A stretch of 64,000 nucleotides of DNA from a bacterium (GTDB lineage Bacteria > UBA8248). The DNA lies in contig CBDCRP010000002.1 of NCBI GenBank assembly GCA_965221165.1, forward strand, positions 992,001 through 1,056,000, given 5' to 3'. The number at the start of each line of letters is the position of its first letter. The stretch's first letter is position 1. Under the pieces are notes generated by a model that was not told where the DNA came from, made no database searches, and worked only from the letters and a program-made list of their open reading frames with translations. Position numbers and translations under genes: made by a program. Shown here piece after piece: positions 27,305 to 37,535 of the stretch.

Positions 27305-27769
27305 CTACTTCTCGCACTCCCCTTTCGCGAGTTTGGTGGCGATGTGGGCCGGAAAGGCGGGGAAAATCTCGATGATTCTCTTGTCTTTCACCTCGCGCAC
27401 GACGACGGTGTGGGAATATCTTCTCGAGAGGAAAAACCCGGTGAGGCGAAAGCGGCCGAAAGACTGCCAGGTGAGGATGAAGGGATAGGTGACGGATTTC
27501 GTTTTGTTGAAAGGCCGCGAGATGAGAAGCTCCCCCTCGCCACCGATGGGGTAGGCCAGCTTCTTGAACTCGCCCTTTTTCCGCTCCACCAGCCAGACGG
27601 CCAAGTCGCGCTCTTTGGTCGGCAGCGTGATGCGCACTTTCTGCTCCACCTTGTAGCCATTGAGAATCGTGTAGCTCACTTCGCAGTTCAGCACTCCTCC
27701 TACGTTCGTCTCGGCACTTGCGCCGAGACACGAGGCGAGCAGCACGAAAACACAGATGATGCGCTTCAT
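27305..27769 (-). CDS. Hypothetical exported protein
   Basis: Signal peptide MKRIICVFVLLASCLGASA; GC-typical codon usage. Confidence 0.6.
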   Translation of the reverse strand: MKRIICVFVLLASCLGASAETNVGGVLNCEVSYTILNGYKVEQKVRITLPTKERDLAVWLVERKKGEFKKLAYPIGGEGELLISRPFNKTKSVTYPFILTWQSFGRFRLTGFFLSRRYSHTVVVREVKDKRIIEIFPAFPAHIATKLAKGECEK

Positions 27770-27905
27770 CCGAAACCCCCGGAAGTTTGAGAGGTAGCAT
27801 ACGACGGCGAACGTATTATGGATGATTTGAGCGGATGATTTCCACCGGGGGCGTCAGAAGGAGTGAGGCTGAAACCCGTACTACGACATGCGAAAGACCC
27901 CCCCA

Positions 27906-27940
27906 CAAAAAAACGCCCCGGAGCCGATGCCCCGGGGCGA
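27906..27940 (-). terminator. Intrinsic terminator
   Basis: Minus strand cgccccggg-catcggc-tccggggcg followed by ttttttt. Confidence 0.7.
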
Positions 27941-27958
27941 TTCTTTCGGTGAGGTAAT

Positions 27959-28636
27959 TCAGCCGTTCTTGTTCGGGTTCTGGGCGTCGGGTTCGGGGTA
28001 CTCGTTCGGCCAGTGGTCCACCATCGTCTTGTAGTAGGTCTTGACCTTCCCGCCGTCGAGATGGAGAGATTTCTTGATTTTGTCGACCTCGCGCTGCTCC
28101 TCGAGCGGGATGCCGAGCGAATCCATGAAGCGGTTGAAGAGGTTGAACAGCCCGCTCACCATCGTGAGCTCGACGATCTCGGCTTCCGAGAAATGTTTCC
28201 TCACCTCCTCGAACACGTCGTCTGTCGAACGCGCGGTGTTGAGCGTCACGTGCTCCGCCCACAGGATGGCCGCCTTCTCGCGCGGGGTGAACAGATCCGA
28301 TGCCATGTAGCCGTCCGTGCCGATGACTTCCACCTGCTCGGGGGTGATGCCGGCCGCTTGACCAAGCGACGTGTTGTGCGCGTATCAGTAGGCGCACCCG
28401 TTGAGATGGCTCGTCTTGATGACCACCATCTCCTTGATCTTCGTCTTGAGCAGGCTGCCCCCGCCCTCGCGCTGGAGCGTCGCTATGAAGGGCAGCATGG
28501 CCTTGGCGACGTGGGGGGTCTTGGCCAGCACCCGCATCGAATGCGGGACACGGCCCAGCATGGCGGTGGTGGCCTCATAGAAGCGGGCCACGTCGGCATC
28601 CGCCTCCTCTGGCTGAATCATCTCTATTCTGGACAT
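27959..28636 (-). CDS. AhpD/carboxymuconolactone-decarboxylase-like protein with in-frame UGA (CxxU), probable selenoprotein
   Basis: ORFs 28385-28636 and 27959-28333 are in frame and joined by one TGA: KEMVVIKTSHLNGCAY*YAHNTSLGQAAGIT. A SECIS-like hairpin follows. Confidence 0.8.
28353..28370 (-). promoter_or_regulatory. Putative bacterial SECIS hairpin
   Basis: gtcgctt-GGTC-aagcggc; the loop begins 21 nt after the UGA and resembles the GGUC loop core of the E. coli fdhF SECIS. Confidence 0.65.
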
Positions 28637-28744
28637 ACATGTTGTCTCCTGGCTGCGCGCATCATGAGAACATGGGCGCCGTGTTTATCTCGGCCCCAGC
28701 CGCCGGGCGGCGGCGAACAGCCGAATCCTGATAAATTTCTCCCA

Positions 28745-29347
28745 TTATGACCCATCCGCCGCCTCCCGGGCCAGCCACGCGCGGAATTCCGCGAGCGCGA
28801 GCCCCCGGTGGCTGACGCGGTTCTTGACCGCAAGCGGAAGCTCCGAGACGGCGCAGCCGTGCGCGGGCAGATACATGAGCGGGTCGTAACCGAAACCGCC
28901 CGCACCTTGCGGCGTACGCAATATCCGCCCGTTAAGCACACCCTCGAAAAAACCGAACCAACCGCCCGGCTTCACATAGGCCAGCACGCATACGTAGCGT
29001 GCTCCGCGCTCCGCTTCGGCCACGTCGCGCATTTTTTCGAGCAAGAGCGCGTTCCGGCCGGAATCATCCAGCCCGTCGCCGCCGAAGCGCGCGGAGCGGA
29101 CGCCCAGCTCTCCGGGCAGCGCATCCACCTCCACGCCCGAGTCATCGGCGAGCGCGGGCAGGCCGCTCGCATCGCACGCGGCCCGCGCCTTGATGAGCGC
29201 GTTTTCCGCATAGGTGGAACCGGTTTCTTCGACGTCGAAACGGAACCCCGCCTCGGCGGGGAGCAACAGTTCTACGTCCATGCCCAAGAGGGCTGCGCGC
29301 ACCTCGCGCGCCTTTCCGGGATTTCCGCTCGCAAGAACGATCTTCAC
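28745..29347 (-). CDS. rdgB: Non-canonical purine NTP pyrophosphatase (RdgB/HAM1)
   Basis: [41 protein letters not shown]; GTGA overlap with rph. Confidence 0.92.
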   Translation of the reverse strand: MKIVLASGNPGKAREVRAALLGMDVELLLPAEAGFRFDVEETGSTYAENALIKARAACDASGLPALADDSGVEVDALPGELGVRSARFGGDGLDDSGRNALLLEKMRDVAEAERGARYVCVLAYVKPGGWFGFFEGVLNGRILRTPQGAGGFGYDPLMYLPAHGCAVSELPLAVKNRVSHRGLALAEFRAWLAREAADGS

Positions 29348-30081
29348 TTCGCGCCGACGTGTGCGGCCTGAACTTCCAGAAGCTCCCCGATGCCCTTTTC
29401 CGCCAGGGCGATCAAGCGGTTCAGATCGCTTTTGCGAAAAGGAGTCTGCTCCGCCGTTCCCTGAAGCTCCACGAAACGGCCCCCGCCGGTCATCACGACG
29501 TTCATGTCCACCTCGGCGTTCGAGTCCTCCGAATAATTCAGATCCAGCATGGGGACGCCCCCGACCACGCCTACGCTCACGGCGGCCACCGCTTCGCGAA
29601 TGGGAGATTCGGCGATGCGCCCATCTGCGAGCATGGCGTTCACCGCGCGCGCCAGGGCCACGTAGCCTCCCGTGATGGCGGCGCACCGCGTGCCGCCGTC
29701 CGCCTGAACCACGTCGCAGTCGATGTAAATCGTCAGCCCACCCATTTTCGAGAGGTCGACTATCGAGCGCATCGAGCGTCCGATCAAACGCTGTATCTCC
29801 TGGCTGCGGCCCGCGCGCGCGCGTTTTCTGTCCACGCGCCAGGGCGAGCTTCCGGGCAGCATGGCGTATTCCGCCGTCACCCACCCCTCGCCCGAATCGC
29901 GCTTGTGGGGCGGCACGCGCTCTTCCACCGAGGCGGTGCACAAGACCCGCGTGTCGCCCACGGAGATGAGGCAGCTTCCCGCGCACGTTTCCACGTAATC
30001 GGCCTCGACGCGTACTTTTCTGTTCTCATCGGAAAGCCTTCCGTCCGCGCGCACTCTCCCGCCCACTCCCTTTCCGGCCAT
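29344..30081 (-). CDS. rph: Ribonuclease PH
   Basis: [47 protein letters not shown]. Confidence 0.96.
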   Translation of the reverse strand: MAGKGVGGRVRADGRLSDENRKVRVEADYVETCAGSCLISVGDTRVLCTASVEERVPPHKRDSGEGWVTAEYAMLPGSSPWRVDRKRARAGRSQEIQRLIGRSMRSIVDLSKMGGLTIYIDCDVVQADGGTRCAAITGGYVALARAVNAMLADGRIAESPIREAVAAVSVGVVGGVPMLDLNYSEDSNAEVDMNVVMTGGGRFVELQGTAEQTPFRKSDLNRLIALAEKGIGELLEVQAAHVGAK

Positions 30082-30182
30082 GCTCTCTCCTATTGAAAAT
30101 GAACCTCGTTTACAAACGCAGAGGATACTACGGGGGTTTCATGGGGAAATCCAGAGAGATGGGATGAAACCGGCAGCCCTGC

Positions 30183-33100
30183 CTATGCGGCGGGTGCGGT
30201 GTATTTCGTCTCGCGCAAGCCCACGGCGCGCCTCAAGGAGCGGACCACGTTCTGGGCCGCGAGGTAGATACAGGGCACGAGAAAAAGCGTGAACAAGGTG
30301 GAAAGCGAGAGCCCGCTCAACACGACGAGTCCCAAGGGTTTGAGCATCTCAGAACCCTTCCCCCAGCCGCTCGCCAGGGGCGTCAGCGCGATGATGGTGG
30401 TGAGCGTGGTCATCAGAATCGGGCGCAGCCTCGTCGACGCCCCCTCGATGATGGCTTCTCGGATGTCCATGCCGCGTTCTCTCAAGCGCTCGACGTAGTC
30501 GATCATCACGATGGAGTTGTTCACCACGATGCCCACGAGGAGGATGACGCCGATGAGCACCGTCGAGCCGAAGGGCGTGCCGGTGAGATAAAGACCCAGA
30601 AGCGCGCCCGTGAGCGCGGGCGGCACGGCGAAGATGATGACGAAAGGGTTCACGAGCGAGTCGTACTGAACGGCCAGCACCGTGTAGACCAGGAACATCG
30701 CGAGCAGGGCCAGGATGAGCAGTTCGCGGTTCGATTTCTTGAGGTTTTCCTCATCCTCGCCCGGCAGGATGAAGTAGCCCCTCGGCACGTCGACGTCTTT
30801 CAGGCGCGCGCGCACGTCCGAGCTCACGTCGCCCAGGGAGCGGCCCTGTATGTCGCCCGTTATCTGGACGATGCGGTTCTGATCCGTGCGGACGATGACC
30901 GAACTGCCCTGCCCGTAGCGAATGCCCGCCACGTGATGGAGGCGCGTGGAGCGTCCGTCCCGGGGAAACAGGGGCAGGTGCGCCAAATCCTGCTCGCTCG
31001 TAATCTCGGTGTCGGAGAACTTCACGCGCACGGGCACGCGCGTATCCACCCTGTTGATGAACGTGGCTATCGACCCGTCTACCGCCGTGGCCACGGTATC
31101 GCCCACGTCCTCGACGGAGAGGCCGAGTTCCGCCGCGCGCTCCCTGTTCACCTGGATGCGGAACTCAGGCCGGGGCCTGTCCTCGTTCATCTGCACGTTG
31201 TGAAGCCCCGCCACGCCCTGGAGCCTCTCGACGGCTTCTTCCGCGATGCGGTTGAGCGTGGGCAAATCCTCGCCCCGAACGCCCAGGGAGAAGCTCTTGT
31301 TGTGCCGGGTGTTGGAGGTGCGCAGGCCGCGCACCCTGCTTTTGAAGGCGTAAATCCGCGCGTCGGGATACGTCATCCGCGCGATCCGGGGCCTCAGTTT
31401 CTTCAGGTAGTCGAACACGCTCACGTCTTCTTTGAGCGTCACGTCGATTCTCCCCCGGGAGGCGGAGGGCGAAAAATTCCGGCCGAAGAGACGCCCCCCC
31501 GCCGTGGCGAACACCTTATCCACGACGGGGTCGCGCACGAGCATGTCGTGAATCTCGCGCGTCACCCGTTTGGTGTATTCGAGGGTGCCGCCAGGGGAGA
31601 AGCGGATGTCCACCGAGATGCGCCCATCATCCACCTGGGGCAGGAGTTCGTTCCCCAGTCTGCCGATGAGCGTGTAGCTGCTCGCGCAGACGGCCAGGGC
31701 GAGGATGATGACCACCCAGCGGAGCGTGAGCACGGGTCCCAGGATATAGCGGTAGACCCGGTTGGCGAGATCGACGAACCAGAGAAACAGGCGGAAGAGC
31801 GGAAAGCGGCTTAAACCGCTGCTCATCGGTATCTGCAGGAGCCGGGCGGAGAGCATGGCCACGACAGTGAGGCCGACCAGGAGGCTGCAGATGAACGCCA
31901 GCGTGATGGTGAGTATCAACTCGCGGAACAGGAGCGCCACGTAGCCCGAGATGAGCAGAAACGGCATCACGGCGGCCACGTTCGTGAGCGTGGAGGCCAC
32001 CATGGCGCTTTCCACTTCGGCGGAACCGCTCTCCGCCGCCTCGACGGGGTCGCCTCCTCCCGCCTGATGGCGCGAGATGTTCTCGAGCATGACGATGGCG
32101 TTGTCCACGAGCATCCCGACGCCGAGCGCCACCCCGCCCAGGCTGAATATGTTGAAGGTGAAGCCCAGCATCCACATCAGGAAAAACGTGAAGACCGAAG
32201 CGACCGGGATCGCCAGGCCGATGATGAGCGTGCGCCTCAAGCTGCCCAGGAAGCAAAGCACCACCAGTATCGCCAGCGAGCCGCCCACCAGGGCGGAGGA
32301 GAGGACGTTCTTGATCGAGGCGCGGATGAAGAAACTCTGGTCTGAAATCGGAACGAGGCTGATGTCGGGCGGCACGATGCCGTAGCGCTTCAGGAAATCG
32401 AGCCTCTCCCTCAGGCCGTCCACGACGGAGACCGTGTTCGCGTCGGGCTGCTTCAAAGCCACCACCTTGACGCTCTCATCACCGTTCAGCCACACGAATA
32501 TGCGCCGCTCCTTGCCGGCGTCCCGAATTTTCGCGAAATCGCGCAGGTACACCCGGCGGCCGTCTTTCGTGGGGAAGATCAGGCGCGAGAGTTCGCCCGC
32601 GTTTTTGAGCTTGCCCGCCGTCCGGCTCGAATACTCGCGCTGGGCGGTCTTCACCCGTCCGGCGGCGAGGTCCATGTTCTCGGCGCGCATCCTTCTCAGG
32701 ACCGCCGGCAGGTCGAGGCCCAGACCCTGCATCCTCGGCAAGTCGACGAGCACCTGCACCTCTTCGTCTTGGCCGCCGAACGCCTCCACCGAGGCGATGC
32801 CGGGTACGATCATCAACTGGGGGATGAGCACCTTTCGCGCCCAGGTCTGAAGCTGCGGTCCTTTCAGGGTTTTGGAAGAGAGAGCGTATTCGATGATGGG
32901 CACCTGCGCCGGGTCGGACTTGAATATCCGGGTGTTCTGAAGCTGATCCTGTATCTCCTGCGGCAAGTTTCTTCTGGCGACGTTGAATTTGGTGATGGCG
33001 TCCTGAAGCGCCAGATCGATGTCGCGCTTGAAATCGAAGAACATCCACAGGCGCGCGGCGCCCTCGCGGCTGATCGAGAAAATGCGCACCACCCCTTGGG

Positions 33101-33317
33101 TGGTCGCGAGTTCACGTTCCACCACCTTGGTGACCTGCTCCTCGACCACTTTGGGGTCGGCCCCCTCGAAATCGATGCCGATGAATATCCGGGGATAGAT
33201 GATTCTGGGCAGAAAATCGACCGGCAGCCGCGTGAGCGCGAAAAAACCCAGCACCAGCGCGCACACCACGCCCATGATGGTGCCCACGGGCCTTCTGATG
33301 CAGCTTCGGCTCAGCAT
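30183..33317 (-). CDS. RND efflux transporter permease (AcrB family)
   Basis: 1044 aa; RRPV, GMLVDNAIVMLENI, GIVVNNSI, RLRPILMTT. Confidence 0.93.
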   Translation of the reverse strand: MLSRSCIRRPVGTIMGVVCALVLGFFALTRLPVDFLPRIIYPRIFIGIDFEGADPKVVEEQVTKVVERELATTQGVVRIFSISREGAARLWMFFDFKRDIDLALQDAITKFNVARRNLPQEIQDQLQNTRIFKSDPAQVPIIEYALSSKTLKGPQLQTWARKVLIPQLMIVPGIASVEAFGGQDEEVQVLVDLPRMQGLGLDLPAVLRRMRAENMDLAAGRVKTAQREYSSRTAGKLKNAGELSRLIFPTKDGRRVYLRDFAKIRDAGKERRIFVWLNGDESVKVVALKQPDANTVSVVDGLRERLDFLKRYGIVPPDISLVPISDQSFFIRASIKNVLSSALVGGSLAILVVLCFLGSLRRTLIIGLAIPVASVFTFFLMWMLGFTFNIFSLGGVALGVGMLVDNAIVMLENISRHQAGGGDPVEAAESGSAEVESAMVASTLTNVAAVMPFLLISGYVALLFRELILTITLAFICSLLVGLTVVAMLSARLLQIPMSSGLSRFPLFRLFLWFVDLANRVYRYILGPVLTLRWVVIILALAVCASSYTLIGRLGNELLPQVDDGRISVDIRFSPGGTLEYTKRVTREIHDMLVRDPVVDKVFATAGGRLFGRNFSPSASRGRIDVTLKEDVSVFDYLKKLRPRIARMTYPDARIYAFKSRVRGLRTSNTRHNKSFSLGVRGEDLPTLNRIAEEAVERLQGVAGLHNVQMNEDRPRPEFRIQVNRERAAELGLSVEDVGDTVATAVDGSIATFINRVDTRVPVRVKFSDTEITSEQDLAHLPLFPRDGRSTRLHHVAGIRYGQGSSVIVRTDQNRIVQITGDIQGRSLGDVSSDVRARLKDVDVPRGYFILPGEDEENLKKSNRELLILALLAMFLVYTVLAVQYDSLVNPFVIIFAVPPALTGALLGLYLTGTPFGSTVLIGVILLVGIVVNNSIVMIDYVERLRERGMDIREAIIEGASTRLRPILMTTLTTIIALTPLASGWGKGSEMLKPLGLVVLSGLSLSTLFTLFLVPCIYLAAQNVVRSLRRAVGLRETKYTAPAA

Positions 33318-33330
33318 GAGGCCGCCCCCT

Positions 33331-34797
33331 TCAGGGCTGCACGATCCGGATGGGCCGCTTGTCCCGCAACTGGGTGGTGGCGCTCACCACCACCCGCTCG
33401 CCCACCCGCAAGCCCTGGAGAATCTCGATTCGCCCGTCGATCATCTCGCCCAAGCGCACCTCGCGGCGCACCGCCATGAAGCGCGGGCCGCCTCCCCCCC
33501 GGGGGCCGCGCCTTGCTCCTGCGCGCGCGTTCGCCTCGGCTACGCCCCCGCGCGCGCCGCCCCTCCTCCCGGGGCCGCCTCGTCCGCCGCCGCTTCTCCC
33601 TCCTGCTCCCCGCAACCTTTCCACGACGAAGACGACGCCCGCCTTCGTGCGCAAATCCCCGTCCCAGACCACGGCATGAATCGGCAGGTTGATGGCGCGC
33701 CTGCCCAGAAGGGGGTCGAACTTCACGCGGGCCAGAAGACCCGGCCTCAGCGAGAACCCGGGGTTTTGAACGTCCACCTCCACGATGAGCTGCCGCGAAC
33801 TCGGGTCGACGCTCGGGAAAATCCGGGTCAGCTTCCCCGAAAACGCGCGTCCCCGGTAGGCGTCGAGTTCCACGTGCGCTCCTTGGCCTTTTTTGATCAG
33901 CGGCAAATCCAGCTCGCTCACCCGCACCCGGGCGCGCAGCGTGTCCGTCTGGGCGATGGTGAACAGATGCGCCCTGTTCACCGCGAGGTCGCCGGGTTCG
34001 ATTCTTCTCCCGGTGACGACGCCCGCGATCGGCGAGCGGACGGTGAAGTATTCCACCTCCACCTTGAGGCGTTTCACCCGCTGGATACGCTGGCTCACCT
34101 GCGCCTGCGCCATCGCGAGTTCCTCCGCCCGCGCGCCGATTTTCACCAGCTTGAGCTTCTCCTGCGCGACACGCACGCGGGCCGCGTCCTCGGCTAGGCG
34201 CGCCCGTCGCTCGGCCACGTCCGCACGCGCGCGATTCGCCTCCGTCGTCACCTTGCGCCACTCTTGCGCGCTGATGACGCCTTTTTTGTGCAAGGCGCCC
34301 AAAGAGCGCGCGTTGGCCTCCGCCTCCTCTGCTCTGGCGAGAGCGGAGGTGAGTTCCGCCTCGGCCCGCTCGCGCGTCGCCTCCGCCTGTGCGACGGCGG
34401 CCGCAGAGGCCGCGATTTCCTCCGGGCGGCTTCCGGCTCTGAGTTTTTGGAGATTCGCCCGCGAGGCGGCGAGTTCGCTCTGCGCCAGACCCAAGTCTAT
34501 GCGTTTGATGGTGGAATCGAGGCGCGAGAGAATCTGGCCCTTTTTCACGCGCGCGCCCTCGCGCACCAGAACCTCGCGCACCTGCCCTTCGGCGCGGGAC
34601 ATGAGCTTCGCCTCGCTTCGGGCCAGAAGGGTTCCCGTGGCCGCTACCCGCCTGCCCAGGCGGCCCACCGCGACCTTTTGCACCTGAACCGATACGACGC
34701 GGTTTCGCCGTCCCCTCGGGCGGCCCGCCTCTGCGATGGGGCTCTCGCCTGCGACGATGAGGATGATGATAAGCAGTGCGGTTATTCTTACAGACAT
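33331..34797 (-). CDS. RND periplasmic adaptor (membrane fusion protein)
   Basis: VREGARVKKGQIL, long coiled hairpin, RSPIAGVV, LRPGL, GLRVGERVV; start uncertain. Confidence 0.88.
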   Translation of the reverse strand: MSVRITALLIIILIVAGESPIAEAGRPRGRRNRVVSVQVQKVAVGRLGRRVAATGTLLARSEAKLMSRAEGQVREVLVREGARVKKGQILSRLDSTIKRIDLGLAQSELAASRANLQKLRAGSRPEEIAASAAAVAQAEATRERAEAELTSALARAEEAEANARSLGALHKKGVISAQEWRKVTTEANRARADVAERRARLAEDAARVRVAQEKLKLVKIGARAEELAMAQAQVSQRIQRVKRLKVEVEYFTVRSPIAGVVTGRRIEPGDLAVNRAHLFTIAQTDTLRARVRVSELDLPLIKKGQGAHVELDAYRGRAFSGKLTRIFPSVDPSSRQLIVEVDVQNPGFSLRPGLLARVKFDPLLGRRAINLPIHAVVWDGDLRTKAGVVFVVERLRGAGGRSGGGRGGPGRRGGARGGVAEANARAGARRGPRGGGGPRFMAVRREVRLGEMIDGRIEILQGLRVGERVVVSATTQLRDKRPIRIVQP

Positions 34798-34977
34798 CTT
34801 TCCCGCGGCTCCCGAAAGAGAAACCCGGCGACGAACCATGCGTGCGGCGGATGCCGTGCGACGACGCACACGATCTTATCACAAAACCAGGGGTGTTCCT
34901 TTTTGGACGCGCTCGGGTTCCTGGGAGGAGGGTGATGTGTGGAGCGGCAAGACGGAGACGGGAAAAGCTATTGTTCC

Positions 34978-36174
34978 TCAAGCGGAGGACAGCCGCGCAT
35001 CTCCGGGCATGATGCGCCGCATGAATTCATCGAACATGGGCACGGTGAAAGCCGTGTCGCCGTGACTGGGACTCCAAATCATGCCCTTGTTGATCAGTTG
35101 ACTGCGAATGGGCGCCAGAGAGGTTACCGGGCGGTTCAGTTTTTTGGCGATATCCCCAGAACGATGCGGCCCGGCACCGAGTTGGGCCATCGCTCTGAGA
35201 TACTTTTTCTCCATCGGGGCCAGCCTGTCGAACCTGACCAAAAAGAAACTCTGATCCAGATCGGCTACGACCTGCCGGGTGGCGATTTCTACATCAGAAA
35301 CCCTGATGGGAGAACACTCGGCCACGTCCCATACGTGCTTGCCCCATTCCTGAAGAAAATAGGGATAGCACCGAGTCTTGGAGACGATCTCATCAAGAGC
35401 GCGAGGCTCTATCTCCACGCCTTCGTCTCTGGCGGGTTTGTCGAGCGCGAGCCTGGCATCTTCCGGCGACAATGGCCCAATTTCGGAAAAATCGAAAATT
35501 CTTTCGGCGTAGGATTTCGCCCTTCCCATGCGACCTCGCACCTGGGGGAGGCCCGCCCCCAACATGACCACGGGAAGTCGCCGCTGGGATATTCGATGCA
35601 GTGCGGTGATCAAGGCCGTGAGTTGATCTCCCGGAACATATTGAAGTTCATCGACAAAAAACGCCACACAGGCCGCATCCGCTTTGGCTGCAGCCCCGAC
35701 GACTTCGAATAATTCCTGTAAATCGCTTTGCAGTTCTCCGTTGTCCGCCAGCCCGGGTTCGGGATCGGCATCCAAACCGACTTCTATATCCCGGTATTTC
35801 ACTTTCAAAGCGCTTACGAATCCCGCGAGCCCTCTCAAGGCCCTTTGCGCCAGTTCTTTCGCCGCACGCCTACGCGAGAGCTTCAACAAAACCGTATGCA
35901 GCCGAGGCGCCAAAATGGAGGGTAACGATTGGTTTTCGGGCGCTTCTATCGACAGCGCATAGATGCCGCTTGCTTCGGCTTCTTCCCGTATGAGGTTCAA
36001 TAGCACCGTTTTGCCGACCCCACGCAACCCAAGCATCATGGCACTCTTGGCCGGGCGTCCTATTCTGGTCCGCTCCAGTGCAATCCGCGCGGATTCGCGA
36101 ATCGCATCCCGACCGGCCAACTCGGGCGGCTGCGTACCCGCTCCAGGCGCATATGGGTTGCGTATCGGATCCAT
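34978..36174 (-). CDS. AAA-type ATP-binding protein
   Basis: NPYAPGAG, GLRGVGKT, FVDELQ, YPYFLQEWG and C-terminal wHTH. Confidence 0.85.
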   Translation of the reverse strand: MDPIRNPYAPGAGTQPPELAGRDAIRESARIALERTRIGRPAKSAMMLGLRGVGKTVLLNLIREEAEASGIYALSIEAPENQSLPSILAPRLHTVLLKLSRRRAAKELAQRALRGLAGFVSALKVKYRDIEVGLDADPEPGLADNGELQSDLQELFEVVGAAAKADAACVAFFVDELQYVPGDQLTALITALHRISQRRLPVVMLGAGLPQVRGRMGRAKSYAERIFDFSEIGPLSPEDARLALDKPARDEGVEIEPRALDEIVSKTRCYPYFLQEWGKHVWDVAECSPIRVSDVEIATRQVVADLDQSFFLVRFDRLAPMEKKYLRAMAQLGAGPHRSGDIAKKLNRPVTSLAPIRSQLINKGMIWSPSHGDTAFTVPMFDEFMRRIMPGDARLSSA

Positions 36175-36551
36175 AACAAGAGCAGTTTATATCAAAATTA
36201 GCTAGTTTACAATTTTTTTATAAAGTAACTAATTTCGCTATAAATCAAGAAAAAGGCTACCGAGTTGGTTGATGTTCTTGGTCGAGTACTCTGTTTTGAC
36301 CACTCCGGCTGGATGAGTCGCGCATCGGTTCATCGAAGGAATTTATAGCGAAATTAGAGAGTTTATGGTTTTCTTATAATATAGCTAATATCGCTATAAT
36401 CGGGCAATATCGATGAACCGGGTCTTCATCCCACCGTTCGAAGCGTGAAACAAAGGTGAAAATCCAATTTTTAGGGGCTTTTATGGAAACGCCAAAGCAC
36501 CGCTCATATACCTCAAGAAGCGCCCATCGGTGTTCAAGAAGCGGTGAAACC

Positions 36552-37421
36552 TCAGTCCAGCGTGCGGAGCCAATCGGCGATTGCCCGGCCGATCTCATCC
36601 GGAGAATCCTCCTGGATGAAGTGAATCCCCGGCACGCTCACTTCGGTCTGGTTCGGCCAGGTGCGGCAGAATTCGCGCTGCTCGCCTATCAGGATGGCGC
36701 CCGGCTCGGCGTTCACGAACAGCTTGGGAACGGGCGACTCGCTGAGCCACGCAGCGTAATCGGCGACTATCCCGGCCACGTCCGCAGGCTCGCCCTCGAT
36801 GGGGATCTCGCGCGGCCACGTCAAGGTCGGGCGGCGGCCCTCTCCGGGTACTGCGAAGGGACGCCGGTATTCGGCCATCTCCTCCTCGGTAAGCTCCCGC
36901 TTGATCGAGCCCGGCAGCACACGCTCGACGAACACGTTCTTCTCCAAAACCATGGACTCGCCGCTCTCCGAGCGAAACCCCTGAAAGACCCGTTGCGCCG
37001 CCTCGGGCCATTGCGCCCACGTCAACGGCTGCACGATGGCCTCCATGTAGGCCAGTCCACGGACGGCCTCCCGATGCCGGTTGGCCCAGTCGAAGCCCAG
37101 GGCCGAGCCCCAGTCGTGCATGATGAAGGTGACGCGCTCGCCGAGGCCCAAAGCCTCTAAAAGCGCGTCGAGATGGCGGCGGTGTTCCACAAAGCGGTAG
37201 CTGCCCGGGCCGCCGGCGTCCAGCTTGTCCGAATCTCCCATGCCGATCAGGTCGGGCGCGATGCAGCGGCCAAGCGAGGAGAGATGAGGGATGACGCGGC
37301 GCCACAGGTAGGATGAGGTCGGGTTTCCGTGCAGCAAGACGATGGGGTCGCCCTCGCCGGTCTCGACATAGGCCATCGTGCGGCCGAGCACCTGCGTGCG
37401 TTTCTTTTCAATCCACGGCAC
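36552..37421 (-). CDS. Haloalkane dehalogenase (LinB/DhaA-like)
   Basis: [21 protein letters not shown], nucleophile HDWG, AYMEA, WPREIP, HFIQED. Confidence 0.92.
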   Translation of the reverse strand: MPWIEKKRTQVLGRTMAYVETGEGDPIVLLHGNPTSSYLWRRVIPHLSSLGRCIAPDLIGMGDSDKLDAGGPGSYRFVEHRRHLDALLEALGLGERVTFIMHDWGSALGFDWANRHREAVRGLAYMEAIVQPLTWAQWPEAAQRVFQGFRSESGESMVLEKNVFVERVLPGSIKRELTEEEMAEYRRPFAVPGEGRRPTLTWPREIPIEGEPADVAGIVADYAAWLSESPVPKLFVNAEPGAILIGEQREFCRTWPNQTEVSVPGIHFIQEDSPDEIGRAIADWLRTLD

Positions 37422-37535
37422 TGCGGATCTCCTTTTGGGGCTTGGCGTTCAGGCTCTTGAACGACGTACTGGCGCACGACGCGGGAACGTCCGTTTCATC
37501 GTCTAAATGGTTGATTCAGAAAGTGATGCGGAAAT

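Noticed and set aside
27959-28636. Pseudogene or two separate small genes
   Set aside because: The single TGA falls at a catalytic Cys position with a SECIS-like hairpin, and both halves are intact and in frame.
36180-36540. Coding sequence in the AT-rich gap
   Set aside because: Only short ORFs without recognisable motifs; probably the promoter region of the ATPase gene or a decayed insert.
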